Shown here: positions 50,424 through 62,499 of the stretch, piece by piece
Numbering within the stretch: the first letter of the stretch is position 1
How the letters are laid out: each line of letters begins with the position of its first letter
NCBI GenBank assembly: GCA_036172245.1
Contig: JAYWIR010000015.1
Span: 3,782,001-3,846,000, forward strand
Direction of reading: 5' to 3'
DNA: 64,000 bases
Source of the DNA: Raillietiella orientalis
Taxonomy: Eukaryota
The notes under the pieces: generated by a model
What the model was told of the DNA's origin: nothing
The model's database searches: none
The model's input: the letters and a program-made list of their open reading frames with translations, nothing else
Program-made: the position numbers and the translations under genes

Positions 50424-51649
50424 GTAAGAGGCTCCAGACCCTTCATCCGTTTTTCCAAAAAAAAGTTCCGGCAGAGCCGGATTGAAGGCATGCCGCAATC
50501 AATCCGACTCTGGATGCGTGGAATTCTTGCCGGGTACCAAGCACAGTAGAAAAACTCCTTGAGCTGCTTCGGGACCCGCAGTATTCTCCGAAGACTTTGC
50601 GGTTTCTGCGAACGATCCAAACACCGCAATCAGAATTGTGAATTCTCTATAGGATTGTGAAGGTTCCGGAGTCACAAACCTGTTGTGAAACTGGAACCAG
50701 CTTGTTCGTTTTTCCTAAGTAGAGGAGATGAAATGAAAAAAAAAAAAAAAAAAAAAACGAAACATCCAGCAGGAGAGAAGAAGACGAGGATGATGGTGGC
50801 GGTGGTGGAGGGTTTCGCATTCTCTCCATCTGAGAAAGACAAGAAAGAGAGTTCCAAGTGGCACAAGTCGTGCAGGTGAATTTTTCTGCCGCGCATTTCC
50901 GAGGTTCTTCGCTCGCAGCCTGCGGTTTCAAGTGCGCACACGTTCCTTGTCCTTCCGCTGGATGGAAGAAAGGTTTCCATAGCATCGTTGTCAAGTGTTC
51001 TGCAGTTGTTCTCAGCGAGCTCAAGCGGATGATGAATTGTTTCCTTCAGCCCATTGATCATTTCCTTCATTGTCTCCAAATCGACGCAGCCTCTTCCTTG
51101 GATCGATCTGTATTGTTGCCGAGTGCGAAAGTGCTCTTGATCTAAAAGATTTGCATGGGCAGTTTGCTTTCTGTATCTGCTGGAAGGGTTGCAGGAGCAT
51201 TCCCTGATTACGTGAAGAGAAACGGTTCATTACTCATCTTTGGAAAGATGAGGAGTGACTGAATTTGATTTGATATCTTGGATCCTCGAGCATTGCAACT
51301 AATCTTTTGCATCAGACGATTCTCTAAGGACGGGATGGATGGTCTTGTCGCATCAGACTCGTGCAGACGCAGGAGGGAGTGATCCCTCTAAGCTTGTAAG
51401 GGAAATGGATCCTTCGTGATAAAGCAGCTGCGTTACCAGCCGGCTTGCGCCCCTAGCAACGCTCGACTTGCAGTATCCTCCCTTCCTAACAATCAGGAGG
51501 TGTTTATTCAGCTTCCCGAACGCTTGGAATAATCGGCTTCGTCCTGAGAAGAGAAAAAACCATTCGAGCGGAAGGAATGGTGGCACTGCCAGGGTGTGGT
51601 CACGCTGTCAGTGAGGACAGTGACGTGGATTGGTGGCGTACGGACTCTC

Positions 51650-52500
51650 CTTTTCGGGGGATGAAAACCCGCTGGGAAACCTCCAGAGACAACAGCAGTG
51701 ACCACGAGGTACTTTCGTGCCAAGTTGGACACCCATGGTGAAGCGCGACTGCGGTCGCGCCATGGTAACCACAGAAAGGCACCCTTATTTCTCACATTCC
51801 TCTTTGCGCGGTCCGCTCGAAAGGGGACCCTTTGAAGGGGAAATGCAGACAGCAACGCGACTGCTCATCCAGACGCCCGTGACCTCGTTCACGTTCACCA
51901 CGTTGTGAAGAAGCACTCCGGGCGGAGAGCACGTGGATCGCTGGAGCTTTTTCTGAGGCAGCCGGTGAACCAACGGTGAAAACGGACGAGGGGCCGAATG
52001 CCCATGGTCGGTTGAGGTTCTTGTTCTCTGCAGGTTTACGAGGAACCTGGCCGGAAAGATGGGACGGAAAAGATGGAATGACGCTCGCGGAAGCTCGGCT
52101 TCCCTGCAGCCGGAACGTGAACTCCATCCCGTCCTGCGGGACTCGAGGCTGAACGGTAGCTCTGGGCATCCTCTGGAGCCATCCGCAGGGGCAAGCGCTT
52201 TGCCGGGTGCGGGTGAGGAGAGCACACGAGCTCATCCTGGCGCAAGGGGTGGGAGCAGCAGCCTCCACAGGCTCCAAGATCGATTAGCCTCGGCAATCGT
52301 GCCCGTGGAAAATCCGCTTTCGAAGACCGAGCAGAGTTCCGGTTCCGGCGTTTCCCTTGGCGCCGCGCCCCTTCGCCAGCAGGGAGACAGCGAGCTCCGA
52401 CCAGAAGAGCAGCACGGGAGCACTTCCCGGTCTGCGTTCCCGAGTTGCCGGCGGGGCTCGAGTTGGAGGCGCGCGATATGTCACGGAGCCGCAGGGCAAG
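51650..52500 (+). mobile_element. Decayed LINE endonuclease C-terminus/linker
   Basis: SFTFTTL...HVDRWSF (FTF...xDx) then GRKRWN. Confidence 0.35.
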
Positions 52501-52818
52501 AGAAGAGGAAGACTCGACGCGACCGGTGCTTCCCCTTGGTCTCCTGGGTCCTCGGGAGAAACGAAGGAGGAGCCATCTCGGACTCCCAACGAACAGTTTC
52601 GGCGCGCGCGAACGCAGCTCACGGGCCGTCACGCTCAGTCCGGCCGCATTCCATCGTGCATCTCCGACACCGCATAGTCAACGGATATGCCTCAAGGGCA
52701 TGCTCTTTACGTCTGGCGACGGCGTCGGCTCCCTCCCCCCCCCCCCGGGATCGACGAAGGAGCGGGAGGTTTCTTATCCCGGATCGCAGGCAGACGGCCA
52801 TCATGTACCCCTGCCGCC

Positions 52819-53554
52819 TTTTCTCTTTTTGTTCCGCGGAATGCTGAAGAACTGCTCACCTGAGAACTCGAAGCTCTTTGACACTGCCCACGTTGCCCGA
52901 AGGTACGTGTGACTCCTCAAGTTATAGGGGGGTGTCTCAGGAGAGGACCACCGTATGAATCCGGGAAGGGCTCCGGAGGAAGGAGGCCGTTCTTACGCTT
53001 GGGAGGAAATCCTCCATCTTGGTTGCTTCCGAAGGGAACCCTTATACTCTCCGGAGGGACCCCCCGGAGGAGGCCACTCCATTATTTCATCTCCGAAGGG
53101 AGCCCACAAGGGATCTTCTCTCGGTTTCCTCCTCTGAATAGAACCCGGATGGGACGTGTCCAAATTTCTCCGAAGGGTCCTCCCCGAAGGAAGCAGCGCT
53201 CTTCACACTCTGGACAGGTATCGATCCACCAGCCCCATGGTACAAAATGGAAGGTCCCCCCAGAGAGGGCGGGAGGGATGGCTCCATTTGCACAACCGGA
53301 AGGGGAACCTCGAGACTCCTTGATTCTTGGAAGGACCCCAGAGGGTCAACTTCCTATCTCGGCCAGTCAACAGGGACAACCGGGGGTTTCCGGCTTCCAC
53401 CAGCGCCTCATCCGAATAGACCAACGCTGTCTTGCGGGGAGGACTGGAACCCACGATGCACGCATTTCTTGGCGTCGATCCTCCGCGTGGGGATTCGAAC
53501 CCGCAACGCTTGGCACCGAGCGCGGATACCGCGGCCACGTGGCCACCATGGGGC
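52819..53554 (-). mobile_element. SINE-like repeat, copy 5 (near full length, in Beat intron)
   Basis: B box at 53491-53501 (reverse), core and internal repeats, CCCCTATAACTTGAGGAGTCACACG, GTCAAAGAGCTTC, A-rich end GAACAAAAAGAGAAAA on the minus strand. Confidence 0.85.
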
Positions 53555-54254
53555 ATCTGAGCGTCGCGACCTTTTCCCCCAACCTTTCGGTGCCACTTTT
53601 TCGGAGTCTGAGCGTTGCCAGATGAGTGTGGCTAAATGTTTTCCAGGATGAACAATGCACGATGATGGATAGGTTTTAGAAAGGAAGGGAAGGGAAGGAA
53701 GATGTCCGGAAGATCACTCCGCCGCGGTAGCCACGCGTGAAATCGCACGTTTATTTCACGCATGCCCAGGACCACCCGCCCGTTCCTGCCGCCCCATTGA
53801 ATTTCCCGACTTTCGTCGGCTGACTTTCCTTATCCGAACCGGAGCCGCTCCTTCCGAATGGGGACAGGAGCCGCTCCCGGATTCGGCGGACGCGTTCTTC
53901 AGGAGTACATCAGCCTCCCTTCCGCCTCTTCCCGTGTTTTTTTCTTTCTCCGCCTTCCCCTTCGACGGCTCTGCGAATTCTTTCCGCACCTCCTACCCGC
54001 TGCCTGCGAAGGAGGAAACCGCACCGCTTGCTCCGGTCACTTTCACTTTCTTTTCCCATGAGGTCCAGTTCTGGGTCACCGGCAGGAAACCGGAGAGGCA
54101 GCTTCACGGCCTTCCACAGCGGATATTTGGCTTGGAGGTGTGCCCTGACATCTGGATGCGCAAACGAGTATAAAGTACCGATCACTCTCGCTTCCTTTCT
54201 CTCTTTAGATGATTGATGAAGCGTCCCTGTGTCATTTCACTGTCGACAGTTTCA

Positions 54255-54680
54255 CTGCGGGGCAGCTTTGTGGCTATGGTCTTCGAGCGTGGCACCAAGA
54301 GTCGCAGGTTCGAATCCCCGCGTGGAATATAGACGCCGTGAATGGGGGTGCGTCGTGGGTTACGATTCCCCCCCCGCAGGATGACGCTGGTTGGCCTATT
54401 CGGGTACGATACTCGTGGAAGTCGGATATGCCCGTTGACTGGCCGCTGGGATTGGAAGTTGGACCGGGATCCTTCCAGGAATCAAGGAGCCATTCCCCCC
54501 GCTTATGAAAATGGAGCCGTTCCGTAAAGCTGGTTGATACCCTCCTCGGGAGTTTACCTCTCCAGAATGTAAAAAGCGGGCTGCTCCTTTCGGGGAAGCG
54601 CCCTTCAGCGAAACTGGGAAGCGTCCTTTCAGGATAAACAAGGAGCAGTTTCTTTCCGAGTTCCCTTCGGAGAAGACATT
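54255..54680 (+). mobile_element. SINE-like repeat, copy 6 (3'-truncated, in Beat intron)
   Basis: B box GGTTCGAATCC 54307-54317, core CCGCAGGATGACGCTGGTTGGCCTATTCGGG, CCTTCCAGGAATCAAGGAGCC. Confidence 0.85.
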
Positions 54681-57177
54681 TCCGGCCACCTGCGGTCCGG
54701 CCGGCGTATGCCTTGCTGTTCGTCTACCTCGACCTTTTCCACTGAGGTTCCCTGGTTCTTTTTGGTTCAAGCCGAACGTTCCGTCATGCAATCTCTCTAC
54801 AAGCTCGTGGTGGTCTCTTTTGTGCTGGGTGACCTCGGTGGGATGCCCGGGTGACCCCTCCCTGCGTTACTCCAGGAGCTACTGGGTGCGGAGACCCTTC
54901 TCCGGTTCGCTTTTGTCCCTTTTCGGTCCTCAGGGGTCGATACTCCCTCCTCCGGCAGCATGGGCAACCTCCTGAGACGAGGCGCACCGTCGACCTAACT
55001 GGTCTGTCACCGTGACTGCTCGCGTGACACAAATGGTAGTTCCCCCCCAACTCCCTGCTTTTATGCTTCGACCCCTCCTCCCCCCAGCATCCTCAAAAAC
55101 GATCCCTTTGCGCCTGCTTGATTGATTCGCTTCTTGGAGAGGCGTCCGCCGGGACGAGTCGCCTTCAAAACGCGGGAACCGCATCAAGATGCGATACCCT
55201 TCGAAGCCTCCAGGCCTGGGACCTCAAGCACGCTTGCTTCATGCGCGAAACTCGATCAGCATTTCTCATTCGCGCTCGAACTCTGGGAGCACTGCGTGGA
55301 GGGCCATGCCGTTTCGCCACTTTCGAGGATCGGCGCGAACCCAACGTTCCCGAACTGCGATACGCCGCATGCCATTGGTACGAGCGCGTAACCTCGGAAG
55401 GATGTCTCTCGCATTCTTGTGACGGAGGAGGAAACTTTGCTTCCTGATTCCCTGACAGCCGCATTCCTTAAAGTGAGAGACCAGAATGATATTCCCATTT
55501 TCCTGCTCATTGCTTCTGTTCTCTTTTTTTTTTTCCCCTGTGCCCAACACATCTGCAGGAGTCGAACTCTGTAGCCACCCATCGAGGTGCTTTCCATTTC
55601 TTCCTCGTGCAATCGATGTCTCCGCTCTTCTCGTCGCTCGCCGCACGATTTCATCTCACAGAAACGTCATTCCTTTTTTTTTGCCTTCCTTTTTTTCTTC
55701 TTTCCTGATGCCCTTGTCTGTCTCCGCCTGGCTAACCCCTGAATTTCTCCTTTTCCTCGCTGCATCCTCTGACACTCACATCTCTCACCCACTCATCTGG
55801 ATCCTTAATGAATTATAGAAACGAAGAATCCTGTATTTTTAGCCTTACTAAATAAAACTCGCCTTTCAAGAGGAAGAGAGAGAGAGGGAGGAGAGTGGAT
55901 TCTCTGTCTCTGTGGCAGAGGCATCTCGCACGCATCAGTCTCCATCCCTCTTTTGCTCGTCTTGTGCAAGTCACGGGAGTCGCACGCCGCGTTCCGCCGC
56001 CGCTCTCACGAAACGTCCTTCTCAGGTCGCCCCTGCACACGAATCTCTGCCACCGGGAGCCGTCCTCCTAACTCACCCCTTCCGTTCCTTGCTGCGTCGC
56101 TGGTAGCGACGGATCATCTCCGTCTCGTGCCCGAGCCAGGCTCCGGCGGCGTCCGTGAGTTCTGAAGAGAGAGGAGTGATCGGGAGACGAGCCGTGCACT
56201 GGGCAAACATCAGCCTCTTCGGCAAAGTGCGTGGCAGCGCTCCCTTGGGACATCCGCTTGAGCAGAGCCATCGAGCGGACTTCCGGTCGGATTGTTGACA
56301 CTTAGAGAGGTTCAGTTTCTTCCCACTGTTCCCCACTCTCGTGTTCCCCTTGTCGCAGGTGGTGAACGGGACGGGAGTTGCGATCAGATGGCGAAAGGAG
56401 AGGATCTTCTCCGCCTCCATGGAGATCCGTTCCCTCCCCCCCCCTGCCCCTCCCTTCTGATTCAAGCAGGGTGCTTCAGTCCACGAAAGCGGAGCTTCCA
56501 GCCAGACTGGAGGGTGTTGGATCTCTCCTCTCATGTTGCCTTCTGCCTGCTGTCTTGGAATCCTCGATTTTGGCAGCCCCGCATCGCTGCCGGGTCCTAC
56601 GACGAGTGTCCACACCGAGGCCAGGACTACGGACGGAGACTCTCGGTTCCTCTCTTTGGGTTGCCGCGCGCTTCCTCCGGAGCCGTTGGAGGTTTCTCGA
56701 AAGGGCGAGCGACTCGTCCTTCGCCTCGTGCATCCGGGCATTCAGAAGCGCCAGTGCTGCCAACGCGTGCGATAATCCCTCTTGCAGAGGTATCCAGACA
56801 AGTGTTGCAGTGTTCCTGAAAAACGCCGCTGAAGCTCCCGGTTTCCTTTCGTTCCGGTCCTGAACCCTAACGTGCTTGTTTCAAGCAAGTTCATTCCTTC
56901 TGGCCAAACACGTGATGCTTGCGTGGCAATACGCATGTGTATGTTCGTACGTGCGCACGCGTGTAACGACGCCCACATTTCATCGTTGGACGGGCGTGCG
57001 TCCTTGCACCTGCATGTCTGCGGCATTGGCCTTTCCTTCCGGGTTCTTGCGACCGGAAGGCAGGATGCTCCGAACTGAAGCCATTTACGCGACTGGCTTC
57101 CGGATGTAAAAGACAAGGCTGAGAGGATTGCACTCCTACAGCCTTGGGGACCCCTCCTCTGCTGAAAGGGGGTTCCT

Positions 57178-57790
57178 CGTCGGTGTTGGCGGCTGTGGTC
57201 TCCGCACGCAGTATTAAGCATCGCAGGTTTGAATTACCGCGTGGAGGATCGACGCCGAGAATGGGGGGTTCGTGTCGTGGGTTTCGAATCTTCCCTGCAG
57301 GATGACGCTGGTTGTCCTGGAGGCTTCGGGTGCGGCACTGGTGGAATCCTGATGCCCTCGTTGACTGGCCGGGATTGTTAATTGACCCTCCGGGGTCCTT
57401 TCAGGAATCAAGGAGTCCGTTCCCTTCTGGTTGTGGAACTGGAGCCGTCCGCTCTTCCCTTCGGGAGGGGACCCTCCATCGCGTACCTTGGAGCTGGTGG
57501 ATCGGTGCCTCTCCAGAGTGTGAAGAAGCGCTCACTGCTCCCTTCCGAAGCCTCACTTCGGGATTCTCTTCAGAGGAGTAAACAGGAGCGGAATCCCTTG
57601 AGGGTTTCCTCCGGAGAAGAAATTCCAGGAGCGGATCCTTTCCTGGTTCACTTCGGAGAAATGAGCGATCCCGGAAGAGGTCACTTCCCGGGGTACCTCC
57701 GGAGAAAATATGAGTTTCCCCTTCAGGTTCCCGTCGGAGTCAACGATGGTGAGGGCTCCCTCGGTTTCCTTTACGGCTTACCGCGGAAGG
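57178..57790 (+). mobile_element. SINE-like repeat, copy 7 (in Beat intron)
   Basis: Degenerate B box GGTTTGAATTA, GGAGGATCGACGCCGAGAA, core CTGCAGGATGACGCTGGTTG, CTCTCCAGAGTGTGAAGAAGCG, internal repeats. Confidence 0.85.
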
Positions 57791-58549
57791 TCGCGAAGCT
57801 TCGAAGACCGTTCCTTCTCGTGTGCTTTCATGGGGTGGAACGAGAGGAAGAAGGGTTCAAGATGTGGCCAGATGTGGAAAGAACCCGGGACAGAGTGCAT
57901 ACAATTATAAAGGGGGGGGGGGGATAGGAAGCAGAAAGAACGTACGGATGCTTCTGATTCGATCTGATGAGATTGCGTGGCGTGATTTCCCGATACGAGT
58001 GTGTGTGTGTGCGTGCATGCACTTCACGCTGACACGTATGCCTCGGCCCACGCCACTCGCATTCCTAGCAGAAGGGAATCAAGCTGCACGCTCGTGCTTG
58101 TTCTCCCGCTGATAAGAGCCTTTGGCTGGCTCATCGCGCTCACCCAGGCAACGGGAACGAAAGGGATGCTGCGGAAACCCGCGCCGTGCAGTTTCCGAGG
58201 CACGCCGTGAGCGCGTCTCCGGAGGAGCGACCTGACGCTTTCCAGAGACAAAGAACAGCAAATCCAGAGAGAAGCAAAATGGAACTCTGACCCCAGCAGG
58301 GAGGAGACACCGACGCAAGCGAGCGCGCAGCCGGCCGCCGCCTCTCCGCGGTTCTCTTCCTCCCTTCTCCCCAGCTCTCCCCTTTCCCGCGCAGTGACGG
58401 AGAACCACGCATTAAGATCGTCAGCAAATCCCGGGGATGAAATATCCTTTCTGTCGATCCAATTAAAAAACAGAAAGGGATAACGGAAGATCTTCGTTGT
58501 TGAAATATCCTGTAGGGAAGCGTTGCTGAGGGCTGCGTCTCTCGAGATA

Positions 58550-60600
58550 AGCGTGCAAGACCCAAATGAAGCGTCAGATGAAAGCAGACGGCGAGCGCTT
58601 CTCGGATGACATAGTTGGACGGAACCGAGTCTGGAGAAGCAACCTCGATCGACTTTGCATGCGCGGAGGCAGCTGTCTCCGCGAAGAATGGGGATGGACC
58701 CTTCAGTCCCCACTCCGTCGTCCTGTCCCCTGGCTGCCTCTTCAGTTCCCTTTCTCTTCGCCCCCGCACTCACGCCCAACTCCCGCATTGCTTCCGCCTC
58801 CCGCGTCTTCCAGCCGGAACGCAAATGGTCTGAGAGCTCCAGGGTCTGCGATTCGAGTTCCCGGATGGAGAGAAGCAAATCGCTCCCCGGTAACCTGTCG
58901 GCCGGTCACGCCGCTGCTGCCAATGGCTGACGGCGTCCTCATCCGACGTCGACGGTCCTCGAAAGGGCCGCGGCGGTGAAGGAAGGTTCCGGGACGAGAG
59001 AGGGGAAGTAGCACCTCACCCTCGAGCCTCCGTGACATCACCCGCGCAAATGGCGTCCGCACGGTCCTCAGAACTGGTCGCATCCGTTCTTCGGCCCATC
59101 TCCGTATCGTCGGATCCTCTCCATGTCGATGGCTCGCCTCCGGCTCTTCCTCACAGCTAGAGGAGACGACACGGGCTGGTGGGGGGCTGAGTCGCCGGCA
59201 GCCCGTCGGGAAGTTCTTGCGCTGCCGCTGAGCCCGCCTGTCATTCTTGGCGCCACCTTCCCTCTTTTGAAAACGCTGCCCCCACCTTCCCTTCCCCCCC
59301 CCCCTCCGAGCAGTATTCGCTGACGTATGCTCCTCGGGTCCAGCCACACAACCTGGCCGTTTCTCATCCTCTTTTCGGTGTGCTCTTCATCTCTGCTGTC
59401 TGCCCTTGCTGAGTCCGAGTTCGTTCGGTCTCAGAAAAAGGGTGCGAGTCATCCGGGCACCGGGGAATACCTGTCCCCACAGGAATCCGGACCATTCACC
59501 AGCCAGAGGACGCCCGCCTCCGTCATAACAAAAAGAAATCAACATTTCCGCGCATCTGTTCTTGACCTCCGCCCCTCCGGTCAACCCTCCACCGGGCATC
59601 GCATCGCCACTACTCGTTCTCTCGCCGGCGAAAGGCTTCCCGACGGGCTAGCCCTGTGCGCTCCGGTCGCCCGGGAACCTCAGGAGAGGAGGGCTTCGTG
59701 TAGCCTGGGAACCGACCCTGATCCAGGCTATTCCCGGGTGGGCTTGAACACCGAAAATCGTCCCACACAGCGGACTGCCGTTATCGGCGCAGGTTCCACT
59801 TCCCCTCTGTGGCCTGGCGCACTGCGCGGCTCATCCGTCTTTCGCGCAAGAATGCAATGAAAGGGAATGGAGATTGCAAACAATGAAGAATAGGAGGGTT
59901 CCCCGCCATCTCCGCGGTCAGACTGTCCTCCGCATCATCCCCCGGACGACATTGCGATTCTCTCGACCTTCATCCCAACCAGAGGTCCAGTGGGCGCTTC
60001 CGGCGTGAGCCTTGGGAGCTCTTGACGCACCGTCTCCTCATACCATGGTCCAGGGATCTCAAGCTCTTGGTCCCACATCGTGAAGGGTTCCTGCGAAGAG
60101 CGACTTCGTCCGACGCCGAAGGTGGAGTCCCAACCTCCGTCGCCCTCCGCTCCCTGCTGACTTGACTCTCCTGGGCCGCCAGGGAGTTGCCGGCGGGTCA
60201 GGCGGCCTCCAGCCGCGACGGCGCCGTGCAGTTCCTGTCCCGTCCTTCCTTTGGTCGCTTCTTCCTGCTCTTCGGGTTGATGGTCGGCCGATCGGGAAAA
60301 TCCTCCCTTCTCCCCTCTCATGGAACGCCATCCTCAGTCGCCCGCAGCAAAGTTGCAGCCTGTAGGAAGGGTTCATATGTCTCACTCTCCGCTCATGGTC
60401 TCGGAAGGCAAGGCGGTGCTTACCAAGAGTTCCGGTCCCTCTGGACCTGGAAACTGTGAAGACGCCTTCCTCTCCTCCTCCTCCTCTCTCCAGCCACTTC
60501 CTTTCGAGACGTCGTCCTTTGAGTCGACCTGAGACGGTGTGGACCTCGTCTCGCCATCACCGAGGTCGTTCGCGCGGCTGCGCGGGGAGGAGGGAGGGTC
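58550..60600 (-). mobile_element. Decayed L1/Tx1-type ORF2 (EN end, linker, RT start), antisense in Beat intron
   Basis: RHMNPSY (WRxxNP), SADHQP (SDHxP), MRPVLRTVRTPFARVMSRRL...TFLHRRGPFED (RPxxL...AxxxxxRL...FxxGRxxxD), IPILRG. Confidence 0.55.
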
Positions 60601-60846
60601 TTGGAAGGGGCTCGCTGCCACCATCGGATCCACCGCGCCCCGTTCGCGGGATAGAGGAAGTTTTTCCCGGCTTCGCGGACTCGCTCAAACGCCACCACGG
60701 GGGAGCAGGAGGAGGGGCGACGGCTCTGTCCTTCCCTGCCGGACTCTGAGCGTGCTTGCAGAATGCGACGGATCCCCGGGAGAGAGAGAGGGGAGGAGGG
60801 GGAATTTCCCCGCCCCTTATGATTTGACCGGTTTCCCCTATTCCAG

Positions 60847-60980
60847 TACTCCCGGAGGGCCAACCAGTGATCACCGGCGAGAGCTCGGCGTACAGCGAGG
60901 GTGAGAGGCTCTCCTTCAACTGCACGTCCCACCGCTCGAAACCCGCAGCGAGCCTGATGTGGTACATCAACGACGAACCG
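60847..60980 (+). CDS. beat: Beat-family Ig protein, exon encoding start of the second (C2-type) Ig domain
   Basis: ttccAG acceptor at 60845-46, phase 1, compatible with previous exon; (V)LPEGQPVITGESSAYSEGERLSFNCTSHRSKPAASLMWYINDEP matches Beat Ig2 pattern PxIxG...Y..G....NCTS..SxPAAxLxWYIN; donor GTGAGC at 60981. Later exons not found in window. Confidence 0.9.
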
Positions 60981-61811
60981 GTGAGCCATCTTCCTTCCTC
61001 CGGTCCGAGGCTGCCGTCGTGCGAGCGGCTGGGGAAAAAAGCCTCGCGGGACGTCGTCAGTTCTCGTGTTCCTCTCTCCCCCCTCCCCCTTTCTGAGGCG
61101 CTCGACGGCGGCGGGGCGCTGTCCTTCGACAAGCCGCTTGCTGGCGGGCAGCGCGTGGCTGCTGCTTTGCAGCGGCCGGATCCTCCCCTACCCCCCACTC
61201 TCGGTCATGGAGAAGGAAAAAACCCGGCAACGGATTTTCGCACTCCAGGAGTTCTGGGAACGCCTATCCCGACGATCGAGATGTGTGGCGCGCCGAAATT
61301 GCGGGGAGACGAGCTCTGAGGAAAGGATGGGGTTAACGCTGGAGACCGCGCTCTTCACCCGCAGGACCTACGGAAGAGAATCTTCCCCAGGAAGAGAACC
61401 GCGCACTGCTGGGAGCAGTCTGCAAGCGGAGGGTTTTGCTCTGAAGCCCGAGAGGTCCCGTTTCTCCCTTCCCCGCAAGGGAAACCCCTATATCGTCGGC
61501 GCATCCCTTTTTCGTCCCTGATCGACCATATCGGCGTGGAAACCACCCTCTCGAGGCGCAATTCGGCACCCGGTGGCACGCGAGGACGAACCTTTTCGTC
61601 CCCCCCCCCTCCCTTTCCCCCCTTTGTGCGTCCTCGAGCGCAGTGGCAGCTCATCTCCCGCACCGAGGACCTCCACACCTGGACCGAGGAGAAGCGGCTC
61701 GTCCGGGTCGGCGGGTCAGCTGCTGTTGCTCCCTCCGGTTCGGACGGTCCTCCTCACTTTCTCTTCGCTCTCCCTCACTTCTCCCTGCCTTTTGCCACAT
61801 CCCAGCCGCAA

Positions 61812-62383
61812 AGCCCGCGTCAGCGGTCGTGCGGCTGCCAGCCTCCGCGCGCGGTACCGAGCTTCGCGGGTTCGAATCCTGCCCAGGCAACGATCGACGC
61901 CGAGAACGGGGTGGGGGGAAGGCATCGTGGGTGTCGAGCCTACCCCTTACAGGATGACGCTGGTTAGCCTGGGAACTGTGGGTGCGGCACCGGTGAAAGG
62001 CGGATGCTCCGTTCACTGGCCGGACTTGGGAGATGATCCTCCGGGGTCCTTCCAGGAATTAAGGAGCCGTTCCCCTCCCTCGAGGCTTTCTTCAGAGGAA
62101 GGAACAAGGAGCGGACCCTTTTCGGGAGTCCGCTCCTTGTTCCCTTCGAGGAAGAAATGAGGAATGACTCCAGTCGGGAGTCCCTCCGGAGAGAACAAGG
62201 AAGAGATTCCCTTTCGGGGTTTCTTCCCAAGCGTAAAAGGAGCAGACCCTTCTCTCCAGAGTTTTCCTGTGCTCATAGGATGTGCGAGGTCACCCCCTAT
62301 AACTTGAAGAGTCACAATCACCCTCGGATGGTGTGGACGGTGCTTAAAGAGCTTCATGAGCCTCCTAAGTAGGTGAGCGGTTC
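61812..62383 (+). mobile_element. SINE-like repeat, copy 8 (internal deletion)
   Basis: B box GGTTCGAATCC 61869-61879, core CAGGATGACGCTGGTTAGCC, CCTTCCAGGAATTAAGGAGCC, CCCCCTATAACTTGAAGAGTCAC, AAAGAGCTTCATGAGCC. Confidence 0.85.
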
Positions 62384-62499
62384 TACCCGTTAGGTGCGCA
62401 TCAACTTACCATGACGTTCCGCCATCTTATAGAAGAACAACCTTGCGAACTCCCAAGTCTCTCTCCATCCTCGTCGATAATCATCTCTGGTTTGTTCTT

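Noticed and set aside
54255..54330. tRNA gene calls at GGTTCGAATCC motifs (also 4814, 53491, 61869)
   Set aside because: No intact cloverleaf, and each continues into the same repeat body; they are SINE heads.
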